A DNA stretch of 53,045 nt, from sequence record OR352957; one strand, written 5' to 3'. This document shows positions 37,567-46,587 of the stretch, piece by piece; position 1 is the first letter of the stretch; each line of letters opens with the position of its first letter. This stretch comes from Escherichia phage AV127. The notes below the pieces were generated by a model, which worked only from the letters and a program-made list of their open reading frames with translations, did not search any database and was not told where the DNA came from. Both the position numbers and the translations under genes were made by a program.

Positions 37567-39534
37567 TTAGTGTGCCTCTGCCCAGTTACTTTCTATCTTA
37601 GCATCAGTAAGAACAGGCACACGAAGCGGTAGCACAGTTTCCATGACCCGTACGAAATCATAGAATCCATCTTCTGCTTGCTTACCAGTTGGTAGAGAGA
37701 AGTTAAGCTCATCGTGTACCGTCAGGCGAGGTACGCCAATCACGTCGAAGTAACCGTCTTCATACCCTTTCAGCATTGCAGACTTCATCTGGTCTGCTGA
37801 CGACCCTTGCAGCACCCGGTTGATTGCCTTGTGGGTGTCTGCCAGCTTAATGTTCGGGCCGTATTCCTGACGAGCTTCTTCAAATGGCAAAGGCATCTTG
37901 CCGAATCCACCACGCTTTGGAACCCATTTGTTGAACCACGTCTTACGGCCCATAAAGGTTTCTACATACCCCTGGCTATAGCATAAATCTTCGTAATGCT
38001 TCATGGTAGCGCCGATAAATGGCGCACCCTGATGATACGCCTTCAGAACAGGTTCTGCTTCTTCAGGCGTCATTGCTAACTTACGGGCAAGAGCATTAAG
38101 CATCATGCCATACAACAAACCAAAGTTAATGGTCTTAGCCGGTTTACGCTCTATAACGTGACCTGAGGCTTCCTTGATAATATCGACCATAACATTGTGG
38201 TAATCTGCTTCCGGGTTAGCCGCGAAAATTGCTCGTAACTCATCAGCGCCCGGGCCGACTGCAAAATGCGCCATGAATCGATATTCAATTTGGGCGTAGT
38301 CTGCTGATCCCCATCTGTGTCCGACATCCGGTACGAAACAAGCACGAAGGAGTGGTCCCAGTATTTTGTGTCTAGACGGTATATTCTGCAGATTAGGGTC
38401 AGATGAGCTAAACCGACCACTAACGGTTCCACCGTCATCACCGCGCATTTGATGGAATTGACCGTGAAGGAAGCCATTTGTATTCATCCCCAATATATAG
38501 CCACGAATAAACGTGGACTGGATTTTTTCATAAGACTTAATCTCAGACACCAGTTCCGCAAACGGATGGTGCAAGCCTGCTAAGAAGTCCGCTGTAAACG
38601 ACGGATTACCCGCCGCTGTTTTGAAGTACTCCAGACCTAAATGGTCAAATGCAAGTGCTAAATCAGGACCAGAGTTAACGTTAATGTTAAAGCCAATCTG
38701 GTCTTTAATCTGCTGGTGCATTTTCCTTATTTCAGCGCTAAGCGTATCATCCGCCTCTTTGGCTTTGTCAAGGTCAACACGCACACCTGCAAAACGCATC
38801 TTAAGCATTAATGGAATGAGCTTGCACTCCATATAGAATACGTCTGTTAAACACCAGCGACTTAACAAAGGCCACTGGGCTTTGATAATGTGTATTGGTA
38901 AGTCGGCGTCAGATTCAGCATAGTAACCCACAAGACGAGGAGGCGTTTTGTAGATGTACTTTCTGGCTTCACCTGTTGGCTTACAGCCATAAGCATCTGA
39001 AATCCATTGGTACATCTCAGCTGAGTCTTTACCTTCGCCTACGTATTTTCGTCCAAGTCCTTCAAGTGCAACACGCGCGCCTGGGTCAAGTAATGCTTCC
39101 GCGAATTGTACATCCATGCACAATCCTTTGACTTCCACGCCTTCTGCTGCAAGCCAGCCCAAGTCATATGTGATGTTAGCACCGACTTTAACTTGGTTAG
39201 GTCGTGAGAGTTCGAGCCGAAGCCAACCAAGTACTTCCTCAGCTGGAAGGTTATCCTCTTCGCCGAGCTCGTGTCTGATTGGGTAGTAAGCCTTGAAGCC
39301 ATTGTCCGTAGCGATACTAACTCCAACGATATGACCTTCCCTCCTGGCCCAACCACTACCATTTGCATCCATCCCTGGGTCATATGTTTCACAGTCAAGA
39401 CCGATAATCTTCGCAGAAGACAAATCCGGGTAATGCGCGCGCGGCCGCCATCCAGTATCCCTGACGTATGGTATAGGACGGTTGATAGGTTTAACATTCT
39501 TTGCACCTTCAAAGCTATCGAATAAAAAGCTCAT
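37567..39534 (-). CDS. DNA polymerase, family A, with 3'-5' exonuclease domain
   Basis: Exo I motif LDCET; motif A DYAQIEYR; motif B RKPAKTINFGLLYG; motif C VHDE. Confidence 0.85.
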   Translation of the reverse strand: MSFLFDSFEGAKNVKPINRPIPYVRDTGWRPRAHYPDLSSAKIIGLDCETYDPGMDANGSGWARREGHIVGVSIATDNGFKAYYPIRHELGEEDNLPAEEVLGWLRLELSRPNQVKVGANITYDLGWLAAEGVEVKGLCMDVQFAEALLDPGARVALEGLGRKYVGEGKDSAEMYQWISDAYGCKPTGEARKYIYKTPPRLVGYYAESDADLPIHIIKAQWPLLSRWCLTDVFYMECKLIPLMLKMRFAGVRVDLDKAKEADDTLSAEIRKMHQQIKDQIGFNINVNSGPDLALAFDHLGLEYFKTAAGNPSFTADFLAGLHHPFAELVSEIKSYEKIQSTFIRGYILGMNTNGFLHGQFHQMRGDDGGTVSGRFSSSDPNLQNIPSRHKILGPLLRACFVPDVGHRWGSADYAQIEYRFMAHFAVGPGADELRAIFAANPEADYHNVMVDIIKEASGHVIERKPAKTINFGLLYGMMLNALARKLAMTPEEAEPVLKAYHQGAPFIGATMKHYEDLCYSQGYVETFMGRKTWFNKWVPKRGGFGKMPLPFEEARQEYGPNIKLADTHKAINRVLQGSSADQMKSAMLKGYEDGYFDVIGVPRLTVHDELNFSLPTGKQAEDGFYDFVRVMETVLPLRVPVLTDAKIESNWAEAH

Positions 39535-40529
39535 CAGTCCCCTCTCACATACGCAATTACAACTGTACGAGTTGAGTTTTCCATTTTGAGCGCCTGACTA
39601 CCAAGCCCTATTCTTTCCATGCCTTTAGCCAGTTTACTCATCTGACTAATAACACAGTTGAACGGTTTACTAAACTTAGTCGACTGGAACTTAATGTCGA
39701 CGGACATCTTAGGAATAATCTTGTCTGGTAAGTCTGCTTTTGCTGTTGACTCGCCAGTTATCTCCAGAATGGCTTGACCTTCGTCATACCCAGTAAGCTG
39801 GTCCATAACCTCCAGGAATTCAGGAGTGATGGCCTGCATATCCATTTCCATATTGAAGAACTTCGATACGTCTGGCCATTTGGCTGCGAGTACCGGAGCA
39901 TCCATCTGTACGCCATCCGCAAAGCCGAAGAACATCTGACCGCGGGCATATCCTACGCTTGTGGGTTCCATCTTCAGCTTAACCAAGGCCTCAAGCATTG
40001 GCTTGGCTATGGCGCATTCAAATTCAAAATCTACGTTCAACTTCTCGCGTATCATATACTTGCCGTTAGTGGCGTAAGCATAACCATCGCGCAAAAGTAA
40101 AGATGTTGCCCATACCTGCGGTGCTTCGTTAGGTACCCATTTGGCCAGGGCAGTTAGCACCGGGAGTAATTCGCCATGCGCTGAATACCAGTTGTTAACT
40201 GTAGCAAGCGGCGGTATTGGTTCATTAAGCGCTTGCATTCTTGTTTTAAGTACGCCTGCTGTGACTGTGAGGTTTCCAGCGGCTGTAATGTTAAAAGTAA
40301 TCTGTTCGGTTCTTGCCGCATTAACGGCCTTACGAAATGATTCAGCATCCACTTGCAGGTCTGGGAATCCTTTACATGGTGCTCGTAGTAATACGTTCTT
40401 GTAGTATGAATGGATTGTTTCGTTTGCAATCCATATTTTGCCCATAAGACCGCTATCAGTATACTTGATGGGACGAGCTTGTTGAACGGCAATCTGTATT
40501 TGTTTGGTGTCATAGTTAAACTTGCTCAT
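39534..40529 (-). CDS. Putative beta-sliding-clamp-like protein
   Basis: 331 aa; recalled resemblance to DnaN layout (N-terminal MSKF...QQ, mid-protein ATNGKYMI versus ATDGHRLA); weak. Confidence 0.35.
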   Translation of the reverse strand: MSKFNYDTKQIQIAVQQARPIKYTDSGLMGKIWIANETIHSYYKNVLLRAPCKGFPDLQVDAESFRKAVNAARTEQITFNITAAGNLTVTAGVLKTRMQALNEPIPPLATVNNWYSAHGELLPVLTALAKWVPNEAPQVWATSLLLRDGYAYATNGKYMIREKLNVDFEFECAIAKPMLEALVKLKMEPTSVGYARGQMFFGFADGVQMDAPVLAAKWPDVSKFFNMEMDMQAITPEFLEVMDQLTGYDEGQAILEITGESTAKADLPDKIIPKMSVDIKFQSTKFSKPFNCVISQMSKLAKGMERIGLGSQALKMENSTRTVVIAYVRGD

Positions 40530-40536
40530 AGTATAA

Positions 40537-40552
40537 CGGGGCCGAAGCCCCG
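40537..40552 (-). promoter_or_regulatory. Intercistronic RNA hairpin CGGGGC-UUCG-GCCCCG, 8 nt upstream of the 40529 start codon
   Basis: Read directly; UUCG tetraloop on the transcribed strand; no SD between hairpin and ATG. Confidence 0.55.
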
Positions 40553-40559
40553 CTCCATC

Positions 40560-41542
40560 TTATACGGCCATTTGGAGTTTGATGTTTGGCATTGGTTTGT
40601 ACTTCTCAACCATTGGCGCAACATCGGTAGGAGTGAAGTCAAATACTGACACGTCATAAATCGCGTTAATGTCAGGACGACCTTCAAAGTTAGTGTCCAG
40701 TGTAGTATCAGAATTGCTTACGATACGTTGCAGGAAAATCTTTGCCGCATCGATATGATTCTGATAGATGTGATAGTCACCCAACGTAACAGTCATATCA
40801 CCTACCCCAGTACCCAGCTCAGCAGCAATGGTAATCTGCAGCATTTGATGCAACAGAATATCGTGAGGCAGACCCAGAATAACATCCGCGCTACGCATGT
40901 GGAACATCAGCTCTAATTCATTACGGTTGTTAATGAACAGCTGAAAACCATGGTAACAAGGCGGAAGGGCCATGGCGTCCATCTCTTGTGGGTTCCACGC
41001 CGTAATGTACGCCCTGCGGTCAGTAGGCTTAACCTTCAGCGTTTCAATAACATCTTTAAGCTGGTTAGTAAGAACACCATTCTTATAGAAAGGCTTAATC
41101 CATTGCACGCCGTATACCGGACCTAAGTCACGGTTGTCTGGTGTACCCCAACGTTTGTTTGCATCCTGCAGGTTACCTTCCCACCAGTTGCAGCCAAAGC
41201 CTTTGAGCGTGTCGACGTTTGAAATGCCGTTGATAAAGCAGTAAAGCTCAGCAGCAACAGCTTTGATGTTAACAGGTTTAAACACCGGCACCATCAGTTT
41301 GTTGTCGTTGAAAGCCAGTTTAAACGCTGTACCAAAACAACGGCGGGTNNNNNNNNNNNNNNNNNNNNNNNNNNNNNNNNNNNNNNNNNNNNNNNNNNNN
41401 NNNNNNNNNNNNNNNNNNNNNNNNNNNNNNNNNNNNNNNNNNNNNNACCAACACCTGTACGGTCTACAACATCCTCACCTTTACGCAGGATAAAAGAAAT
41501 GATGTCGCTGTAAAGAGAATCGACAGTGCTGTATGTTTTCAT
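40560..41542 (-). CDS. Thymidylate-synthase-fold pyrimidine C5-modifying enzyme, predicted dCMP-directed; interrupted by 98-nt N gap
   Basis: DRTGVG, LGPVYGVQW, DRRAYITAWNPQEMDAMALPPCYHGFQ; Asp in GLPHDILL where ThyA has Asn (GLPFNIAS). Confidence 0.65.
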
Positions 41543-42135
41543 TAAAACAGTTCCTTTTGAGCCGGGTTAACGTGTGCATCGATAATTGCCTGGATGTCAG
41601 GTGCTTTCCATCCTTCAGGCTTAACAATATCCTGACTAGACTTATGCTTGCTGTTGCTTGCATCAGGCTTAGCGCGTTCTTTCGCCATGTTAGCAGCCTG
41701 TACCGCATCCCATGCTGCGTCAAGTGGCCAGTTGTTGTTTGCACACCAGGTAATCAGGTGGATAATTAACTGGGCTAGACGGTCGCAATGAGTGTCTTCA
41801 GTATCCTTAACGTATACAATAAGGCCATCAGCATCGAAACGGTCCATAAATCCGCATGGCGTAGTTAACAGAATCGGATACTCAAATTCGTTGGTGAACC
41901 ATGCAGTCTGGTCATACAGGTATAACGTACCTGCAGCAATGTAAATTAAATCTACAATACCATCTAAGAAGCCAGCTTTGTCGCCGTCTTTCTTAGCTTG
42001 TTTAATTTCTTCCATCTCCTCAATAAGACGGTCATAGCGAAGCTTGAACTCAGGTTTACCGCCTTGACTAACAGGCTTGAGGTCAAACTTCTCATGAAAA
42101 GCGGTAACGCCTGCAGCAATTTTACTGAATCGCAT
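41542..42135 (-). CDS. MazG-like (all-alpha) nucleoside triphosphate pyrophosphohydrolase
   Basis: EEMEEIKQA...DGIVDLIYIAAG acidic helix pattern; immediately upstream of the TS-fold gene. Confidence 0.45.
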   Translation of the reverse strand: MRFSKIAAGVTAFHEKFDLKPVSQGGKPEFKLRYDRLIEEMEEIKQAKKDGDKAGFLDGIVDLIYIAAGTLYLYDQTAWFTNEFEYPILLTTPCGFMDRFDADGLIVYVKDTEDTHCDRLAQLIIHLITWCANNNWPLDAAWDAVQAANMAKERAKPDASNSKHKSSQDIVKPEGWKAPDIQAIIDAHVNPAQKELF

Positions 42136-42520
42136 TTCGTAACTCCTTACAAACAGTTTCGATAAACTTACGTTTAATTTCTGTAGACCAGATAATATGA
42201 CGAGCCTGTTCTAAAGTGTCCCAACGTTCTTTACCCACAGGAAAGGGAACAATGAAAAGGCCGGTACGGGATATGCGCTTGATAAACGGGAATTTACAGC
42301 GCATGGTTGTTTCAAACTTGATAAAGTTGGTTTGCACATCGCGTGTAAACTTGACCTTATCAAATTCATGTTCAAGAGTTTGAGCAAGGTTGCATACTTC
42401 CTGGAAAGAAGATGTGGGCAAGTAATCTTCGCGGCCGACGGTGTTCACGTAGTCGATTTGGCCCTCTAGCCGAAGTATCCAAATCCTGTAATAAGCTTCA
42501 GCAACACGTTGTAGGTTCAT
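42122..42520 (-). CDS. Hypothetical protein (132 aa)
   Basis: ORF track; overlaps MazG-like start. Confidence 0.45.
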   Translation of the reverse strand: MNLQRVAEAYYRIWILRLEGQIDYVNTVGREDYLPTSSFQEVCNLAQTLEHEFDKVKFTRDVQTNFIKFETTMRCKFPFIKRISRTGLFIVPFPVGKERWDTLEQARHIIWSTEIKRKFIETVCKELRNAIQ

Positions 42521-42546
42521 TGTATCTCTCCTCTAAAAGATAACTT

Positions 42547-42575
42547 ATTATACCACATCACTCTCTAGTGGTAAA
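42547..42575 (-). promoter_or_regulatory. Early promoter TTTACC-N17-TATAAT with ACCAC...GTGGT inverted repeat overlapping spacer and -10
   Basis: Minus strand reads TTTACCACTAGAGAGTGATGTGGTATAAT. Confidence 0.5.
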
Positions 42576-42601
42576 GCACTTTTTATGCTTCTGGTAAAAA
42601 T

Positions 42602-42630
42602 AAAAAGGACCAGCGTTAACTGGTCCTTTT
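42602..42630 (-). terminator. Bidirectional rho-independent terminator
   Basis: A5-AGGACCA-GCGTTAAC-TGGTCCT-T4. Confidence 0.65.
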
Positions 42631-42639
42631 GGCAGGGTG

Positions 42640-43197
42640 GTGTAAGGAGATACAAGGAATCGCAGTTATGCAACCAGGCAGCGCATATGAGATTGGCTAA
42701 AGGACTGACCGACTTAATCCCCACGACAAGTCAGAAAGGAGGTACCATCAAGTAGCCAATCACATATGCGTTACTTGCTGTGTGCTCTCACCGCGGAAAG
42801 TATAGAGCGTTGCACTTATCATACCGATGGAGTGGCAAAAGCACACAGCAAGTACAACCTTAGTTGTGGTGTCTTAGCACCTGAGTTACTGTGGATAACC
42901 TGCACCCGACGGGTGTCAAAAAGATACGCCAAAACACCACAACTAAAATTGTGACCGCCGTCTACACCAGGCGCCTGGGGTCAAGGTAGCGAGCCAATAC
43001 CCTTTTCAGCGTTGGAGGAATCGAACCTCACACATCACGGCTTTTACCAAATCTCGGTCAGCGAGCAGAATTGAACTGCATTCACTGGACACCCTCACTG
43101 TTTCAACACACCAGGCTTAATTGATTGTTGATAAGAAGAGAGATGTAAGGATGTCCATTGAATGCACCTCCGTAGAGGTGCGTTCAGATCAGCGCTA
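42640..43197 (-). other. Structured noncoding region with three successive long inverted repeats
   Basis: IRs 42681-42698/42754-42770 (17 bp, 1 mismatch), 42772-42786/42840-42854 (15 bp), 42860-42872/42934-42946 (13 bp); palindrome CCAGGCGCCTGG 42967-42978. Confidence 0.5.
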
Positions 43198-43665
43198 TTA
43201 TTCAGCAACTTCTACGTTGTCGCCTTCAATTGCGCCAGCCAGTTTAGCGGCTTCAGCTTTAGCAGCTTCTGCTTTCTGGCGAGCTTTTTCAGCTTTCTCT
43301 TCAGCTTTGCGAATCTGCTCAGCAGCTTTCGCTTCAGCTTTTTCAGCTTTGATGCGTGCACGCTCTTCAGCTTTACGCTGTTTTTCAGCGGCTTTAGCAG
43401 CATCGCGTTCTGCTTTAGCGGTATCAACGCGCTTAGCCAGAACCTTACCAGTGGCTTTACGCCAGTAGGTCAGCTGAGAAGAAACAGTACCACGGGACAT
43501 TTCGGTAGTAGCAACAACTTCGTCCATAACGTCAGAGCTGGACTTGCCTTCTTCGTGGGCTTTGTCAGCCAGGTCCCATACATAACGTGCGCCAGTACCA
43601 GATGCCGGATACAGTACGCCGTTAACTTCTTCTTTACCAGTTACAAAAGTCAGTTTCTCGCTCAT
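43198..43665 (-). CDS. Putative DNA-binding protein with K/A/E-rich histone-H1-like C-terminal tail
   Basis: Internal ATG with GAGGAAAA SD; C-terminal KAAEKQRKAEERARIKAEKAEAKAAEQ repeats. Confidence 0.45.
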   Translation of the reverse strand: MSEKLTFVTGKEEVNGVLYPASGTGARYVWDLADKAHEEGKSSSDVMDEVVATTEMSRGTVSSQLTYWRKATGKVLAKRVDTAKAERDAAKAAEKQRKAEERARIKAEKAEAKAAEQIRKAEEKAEKARQKAEAAKAEAAKLAGAIEGDNVEVAE

Positions 43666-43771
43666 AATTTTTTCCTCGTCTACAGGGCTTAATGTTTGTT
43701 CGTTACGTGAGTTAATATACGTCATTTAAAAGAGAGTGTAAACACCTTTTTTAAACTTTTTTCATTAGTGT

Positions 43772-43993
43772 CTAGAAAGGCACATCATAGTCAAAAAGTT
43801 TACATCCGGAAGACAGGACTGCCGGCGGTGGTGTTTTGCCTCCGGATAATAGACAACCTCCTGCCTGGAAACTACGGCAGTTCGCACAGCTCATATCCTG
43901 CAGGTATATAATAAGCTGCCGGCGGACGTGCCGTGGTAAAGCTTTAGCCTGGGTTGCTACCCGTTCAAATAGTTCTCTGTCATCGAGCGCCAT
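43772..43993 (-). CDS. Hypothetical small Cys-containing protein (73 aa)
   Basis: ORF track; CANC...GGC...GC cysteines; overlaps helicase 3' end. Confidence 0.3.
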   Translation of the reverse strand: MALDDRELFERVATQAKALPRHVRRQLIIYLQDMSCANCRSFQAGGCLLSGGKTPPPAVLSSGCKLFDYDVPF

Positions 43994-45650
43994 ATCCGTT
44001 CCCCCAATCGTAGTTCATGATTTGTGGGTAGGGACGTTTAATCCATACCTTAATACGCTTAGGAATGGCCAGCTCACCCTTACGGCGGATAAACTCGTCG
44101 CATGTTTCAGGTGGTTCGGTTCCTGCAGCATTACGCCACCAGGCATCTGCCATTTGTTTAGCATTACCATGGGCCTCAATATTTACCCAAGTTGTGTACA
44201 CTTCCAGGTTTGAATAATACACAACCTTTATACTGTCAGGCCGTCCTTGCTTCTGGAATAAGGAATAGTTTACCAGCGTAACGTCTTTGTCTACAACACG
44301 AAGCTGGCCATTAGTCATTACCTCTTCTTCTGACGAAGTGAATGCAATAGCCGGTCCGTTAACTGTAAATTCAAATTCATGTCCGCACATCGGATATACA
44401 CCATTCTCGTCTGGCGTACTTCCTTTAGCCGGATGCTTACACGTACGAGCAGCATAGCCACTTACCTGGTGACAGATAGGGCACTCTTTACCACCAGGCG
44501 TTTTCTCTGACCGTTTCTTTTTCTTCTTACCAAGACGTGGCGGAACAGCTGGGTCATCAATAGGACCAAGGTCAATGGTATTAGATGTAAAGTCCATAAC
44601 AAGACAGTCATGCTTGCCAGGCGCTGTACGTAGTCCTCGGCCGAGTATCTGCACCCACAAAGCAACAGACGTGGACGGGCGCAAGATGCCGAGCATATCA
44701 ATCTCAGGATAGTCAAATCCTGTCGTCAATACGTTTACGTTTACACATACCCGTGCTCGTCCGCTTGTAAACTCTTCCAGTGCGGCTTCACGTTCTTTCT
44801 TTGTAAGACCGCCATGTACAACAACAGTCTGCCAGCCTCGCAGATTAAATTCGTCTGCTATGTTGTGGGCGTGTTCAACACTTGTGGCGAATACAAGAAC
44901 GTGGTTCCTGTCTTTACCGTAGTGCATCATCTCACGAATAGCCGCGACTGTTATACTATGCTGGTTGGCTACCTTCTCAAGCTCTGACGGGATATAGTCA
45001 CCCATCCTTTCGCCAACATTACTGGTGTCAATCTTGGTTAACACTTTCTTGTTGACCAGGCGTGACAGGAAGCCTTCATTTACCAGTCTGGTAAATGCGT
45101 CAGGTGTTGTAAGGTCATAGCAGATGTCGGTAAATATACCGCAGTCAAGTAAATGACCCCCTGCCAGGCGATACGGAGTTGCTGTAAGTCCTGTTACTTT
45201 TACCTTAGGATTAAGCTCTTTGAAGTGAGCAATAACCTTACGGTATGTTGTTTCAGACTTCTCAGGAACAAGATGGGCTTCGTCAACGAATATAAGATTG
45301 AACTTACCTGCTTCTTCCAGGTTCTTAATGATTGACTGTACTGACGCTACAACGATACGACCTGAAAAGTCTTTGTGTCCTGCGCCTGAAGAGTAGATAG
45401 ATACTGGGGCTTGTGGCCAGTGACGTACAATCGCTTTGGCGTCTTGTTCTACCAGCTCCTTGACGTGTGTCAATATAAGAATGCGCTGACGGGGATAGCT
45501 GGTAAGAATATCCTTCATCAACATACCAAGCACAGGTGATTTACCTGAACCTGTCGGCATGACAATAAGTGGATTACCACTATAAGAATTGAAGTACGAC
45601 CACCAAGCTGTGACCGCTTCTTGTTGATACCAGCGAGCTTCAAAAGCCAT
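43980..45650 (-). CDS. SF2 DNA helicase (DEAH-type) with C-terminal Cys cluster
   Basis: Walker A MPTGSGKS; Walker B FVDEAHL; CPICHQ...C near C-terminus; GAGGAG SD. Confidence 0.7.
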   Translation of the reverse strand: MAFEARWYQQEAVTAWWSYFNSYSGNPLIVMPTGSGKSPVLGMLMKDILTSYPRQRILILTHVKELVEQDAKAIVRHWPQAPVSIYSSGAGHKDFSGRIVVASVQSIIKNLEEAGKFNLIFVDEAHLVPEKSETTYRKVIAHFKELNPKVKVTGLTATPYRLAGGHLLDCGIFTDICYDLTTPDAFTRLVNEGFLSRLVNKKVLTKIDTSNVGERMGDYIPSELEKVANQHSITVAAIREMMHYGKDRNHVLVFATSVEHAHNIADEFNLRGWQTVVVHGGLTKKEREAALEEFTSGRARVCVNVNVLTTGFDYPEIDMLGILRPSTSVALWVQILGRGLRTAPGKHDCLVMDFTSNTIDLGPIDDPAVPPRLGKKKKKRSEKTPGGKECPICHQVSGYAARTCKHPAKGSTPDENGVYPMCGHEFEFTVNGPAIAFTSSEEEVMTNGQLRVVDKDVTLVNYSLFQKQGRPDSIKVVYYSNLEVYTTWVNIEAHGNAKQMADAWWRNAAGTEPPETCDEFIRRKGELAIPKRIKVWIKRPYPQIMNYDWGNGYGAR

Positions 45651-45671
45651 TTATCATCTCCTCATTAACTT

Positions 45672-45700
45672 TATATATTATACCACTTCCTTGTGGTAAA
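45672..45700 (-). promoter_or_regulatory. Early promoter with ACCAC...GTGGT inverted repeat upstream of helicase
   Basis: Minus strand reads TTTACCACAAGGAAGTGGTATAATATATAA. Confidence 0.5.
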
Positions 45701-45708
45701 GTATACTT

Positions 45709-46587
45709 TTATTTTAAGGAAAGTTTAACGGGCTTCTCATCCTGCGGGAAGACATCAGCAGGTCGATAATCATCACAAGCTGCTAATTGCTCTTCGAGTG
45801 TTTCGAGCTCTTTCTGGTGCTTGTTACAATACCACACTTTGCCCTGAAGCGGTTTACTATAGTGGCAGGTTCTGCAGTTCCTGTCGGGCATTGCTCCTTT
45901 GTGGCATAAGTGGTGGTACGTGCACATTCCTGGCTTGCACTCCCACCAAATAGGCGATTCAGAAATCTTCGGCATATCCAAACCAGATTCCGCATATACG
46001 ACAGCCTCTGCTTTGCTCAGTTGTATGTCGCTTTCCAGTAAGTCAATCTCGACCACTTCAAAATACATCTCATCGGTGTTCTTGTTAATTGCAATATACA
46101 CAGCTTGATTCAGCTTAAGCTTCCGCATGTATACCTGCATTTGAGCATAGTGCACCGGCTTACTGGCTTTAACAGACTTGAGCTTGATTAGCTCTTTAAA
46201 CGACTTATCACCATGCGTTTTGAATTCAGCAAGTGCCCAAACGCCTTTGTATTTGATTACACAGTCACAAGACCCAGAGAAGATGTCATTGAAGTCGTGT
46301 ATGCGCCACTGCTTACCTGTTTTAGGGTTGACGTCCAGCACTTCATCACATACGGAACGAAGCCACTTCACAATTCTGCTTTCTTCAAGGTTACCACGTT
46401 CAAACAGACGAAGTTGCTTAGCGGTAAACTTCTCCTTGAACGACCAATGCAGAACGTGCCAAAGATAGCGATAGCAGTTGTGTCCTATCTGCGATGCTCC
46501 AAGATGCCCGCGTCGTTCTTCTCTTTCGTGGGCTTCGACTATCTTGACATCAATACGTTTCTGCAGGTCGTCAAACGGACTGGGCAT
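45709..46587 (-). CDS. RecB-family (Cas4-like) PD-(D/E)XK nuclease with 4-Cys cluster
   Basis: Start ATG 46587 with GAGGAG SD; D...LAEFK motif; one N-terminal and three C-terminal Cys (CKPGMCTYHHLC). Confidence 0.45.
   Translation of the reverse strand: MPSPFDDLQKRIDVKIVEAHEREERRGHLGASQIGHNCYRYLWHVLHWSFKEKFTAKQLRLFERGNLEESRIVKWLRSVCDEVLDVNPKTGKQWRIHDFNDIFSGSCDCVIKYKGVWALAEFKTHGDKSFKELIKLKSVKASKPVHYAQMQVYMRKLKLNQAVYIAINKNTDEMYFEVVEIDLLESDIQLSKAEAVVYAESGLDMPKISESPIWWECKPGMCTYHHLCHKGAMPDRNCRTCHYSKPLQGKVWYCNKHQKELETLEEQLAACDDYRPADVFPQDEKPVKLSLK

Noticed and set aside
43013-43029. tRNA-like T-arm motif GGTTCGATTCC on the minus strand
   Set aside because: No acceptor-stem pairing or anticodon/D arms could be folded around it by hand; probably a chance match or degenerate remnant. 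Needs a tRNA scan to be sure.
43162-43692. 176-aa plus-strand ORF, Phe/Ser-rich
   Set aside because: Antisense artefact of the K/A/E-rich minus-strand gene (GC-skewed repeats translate as F/S-rich).
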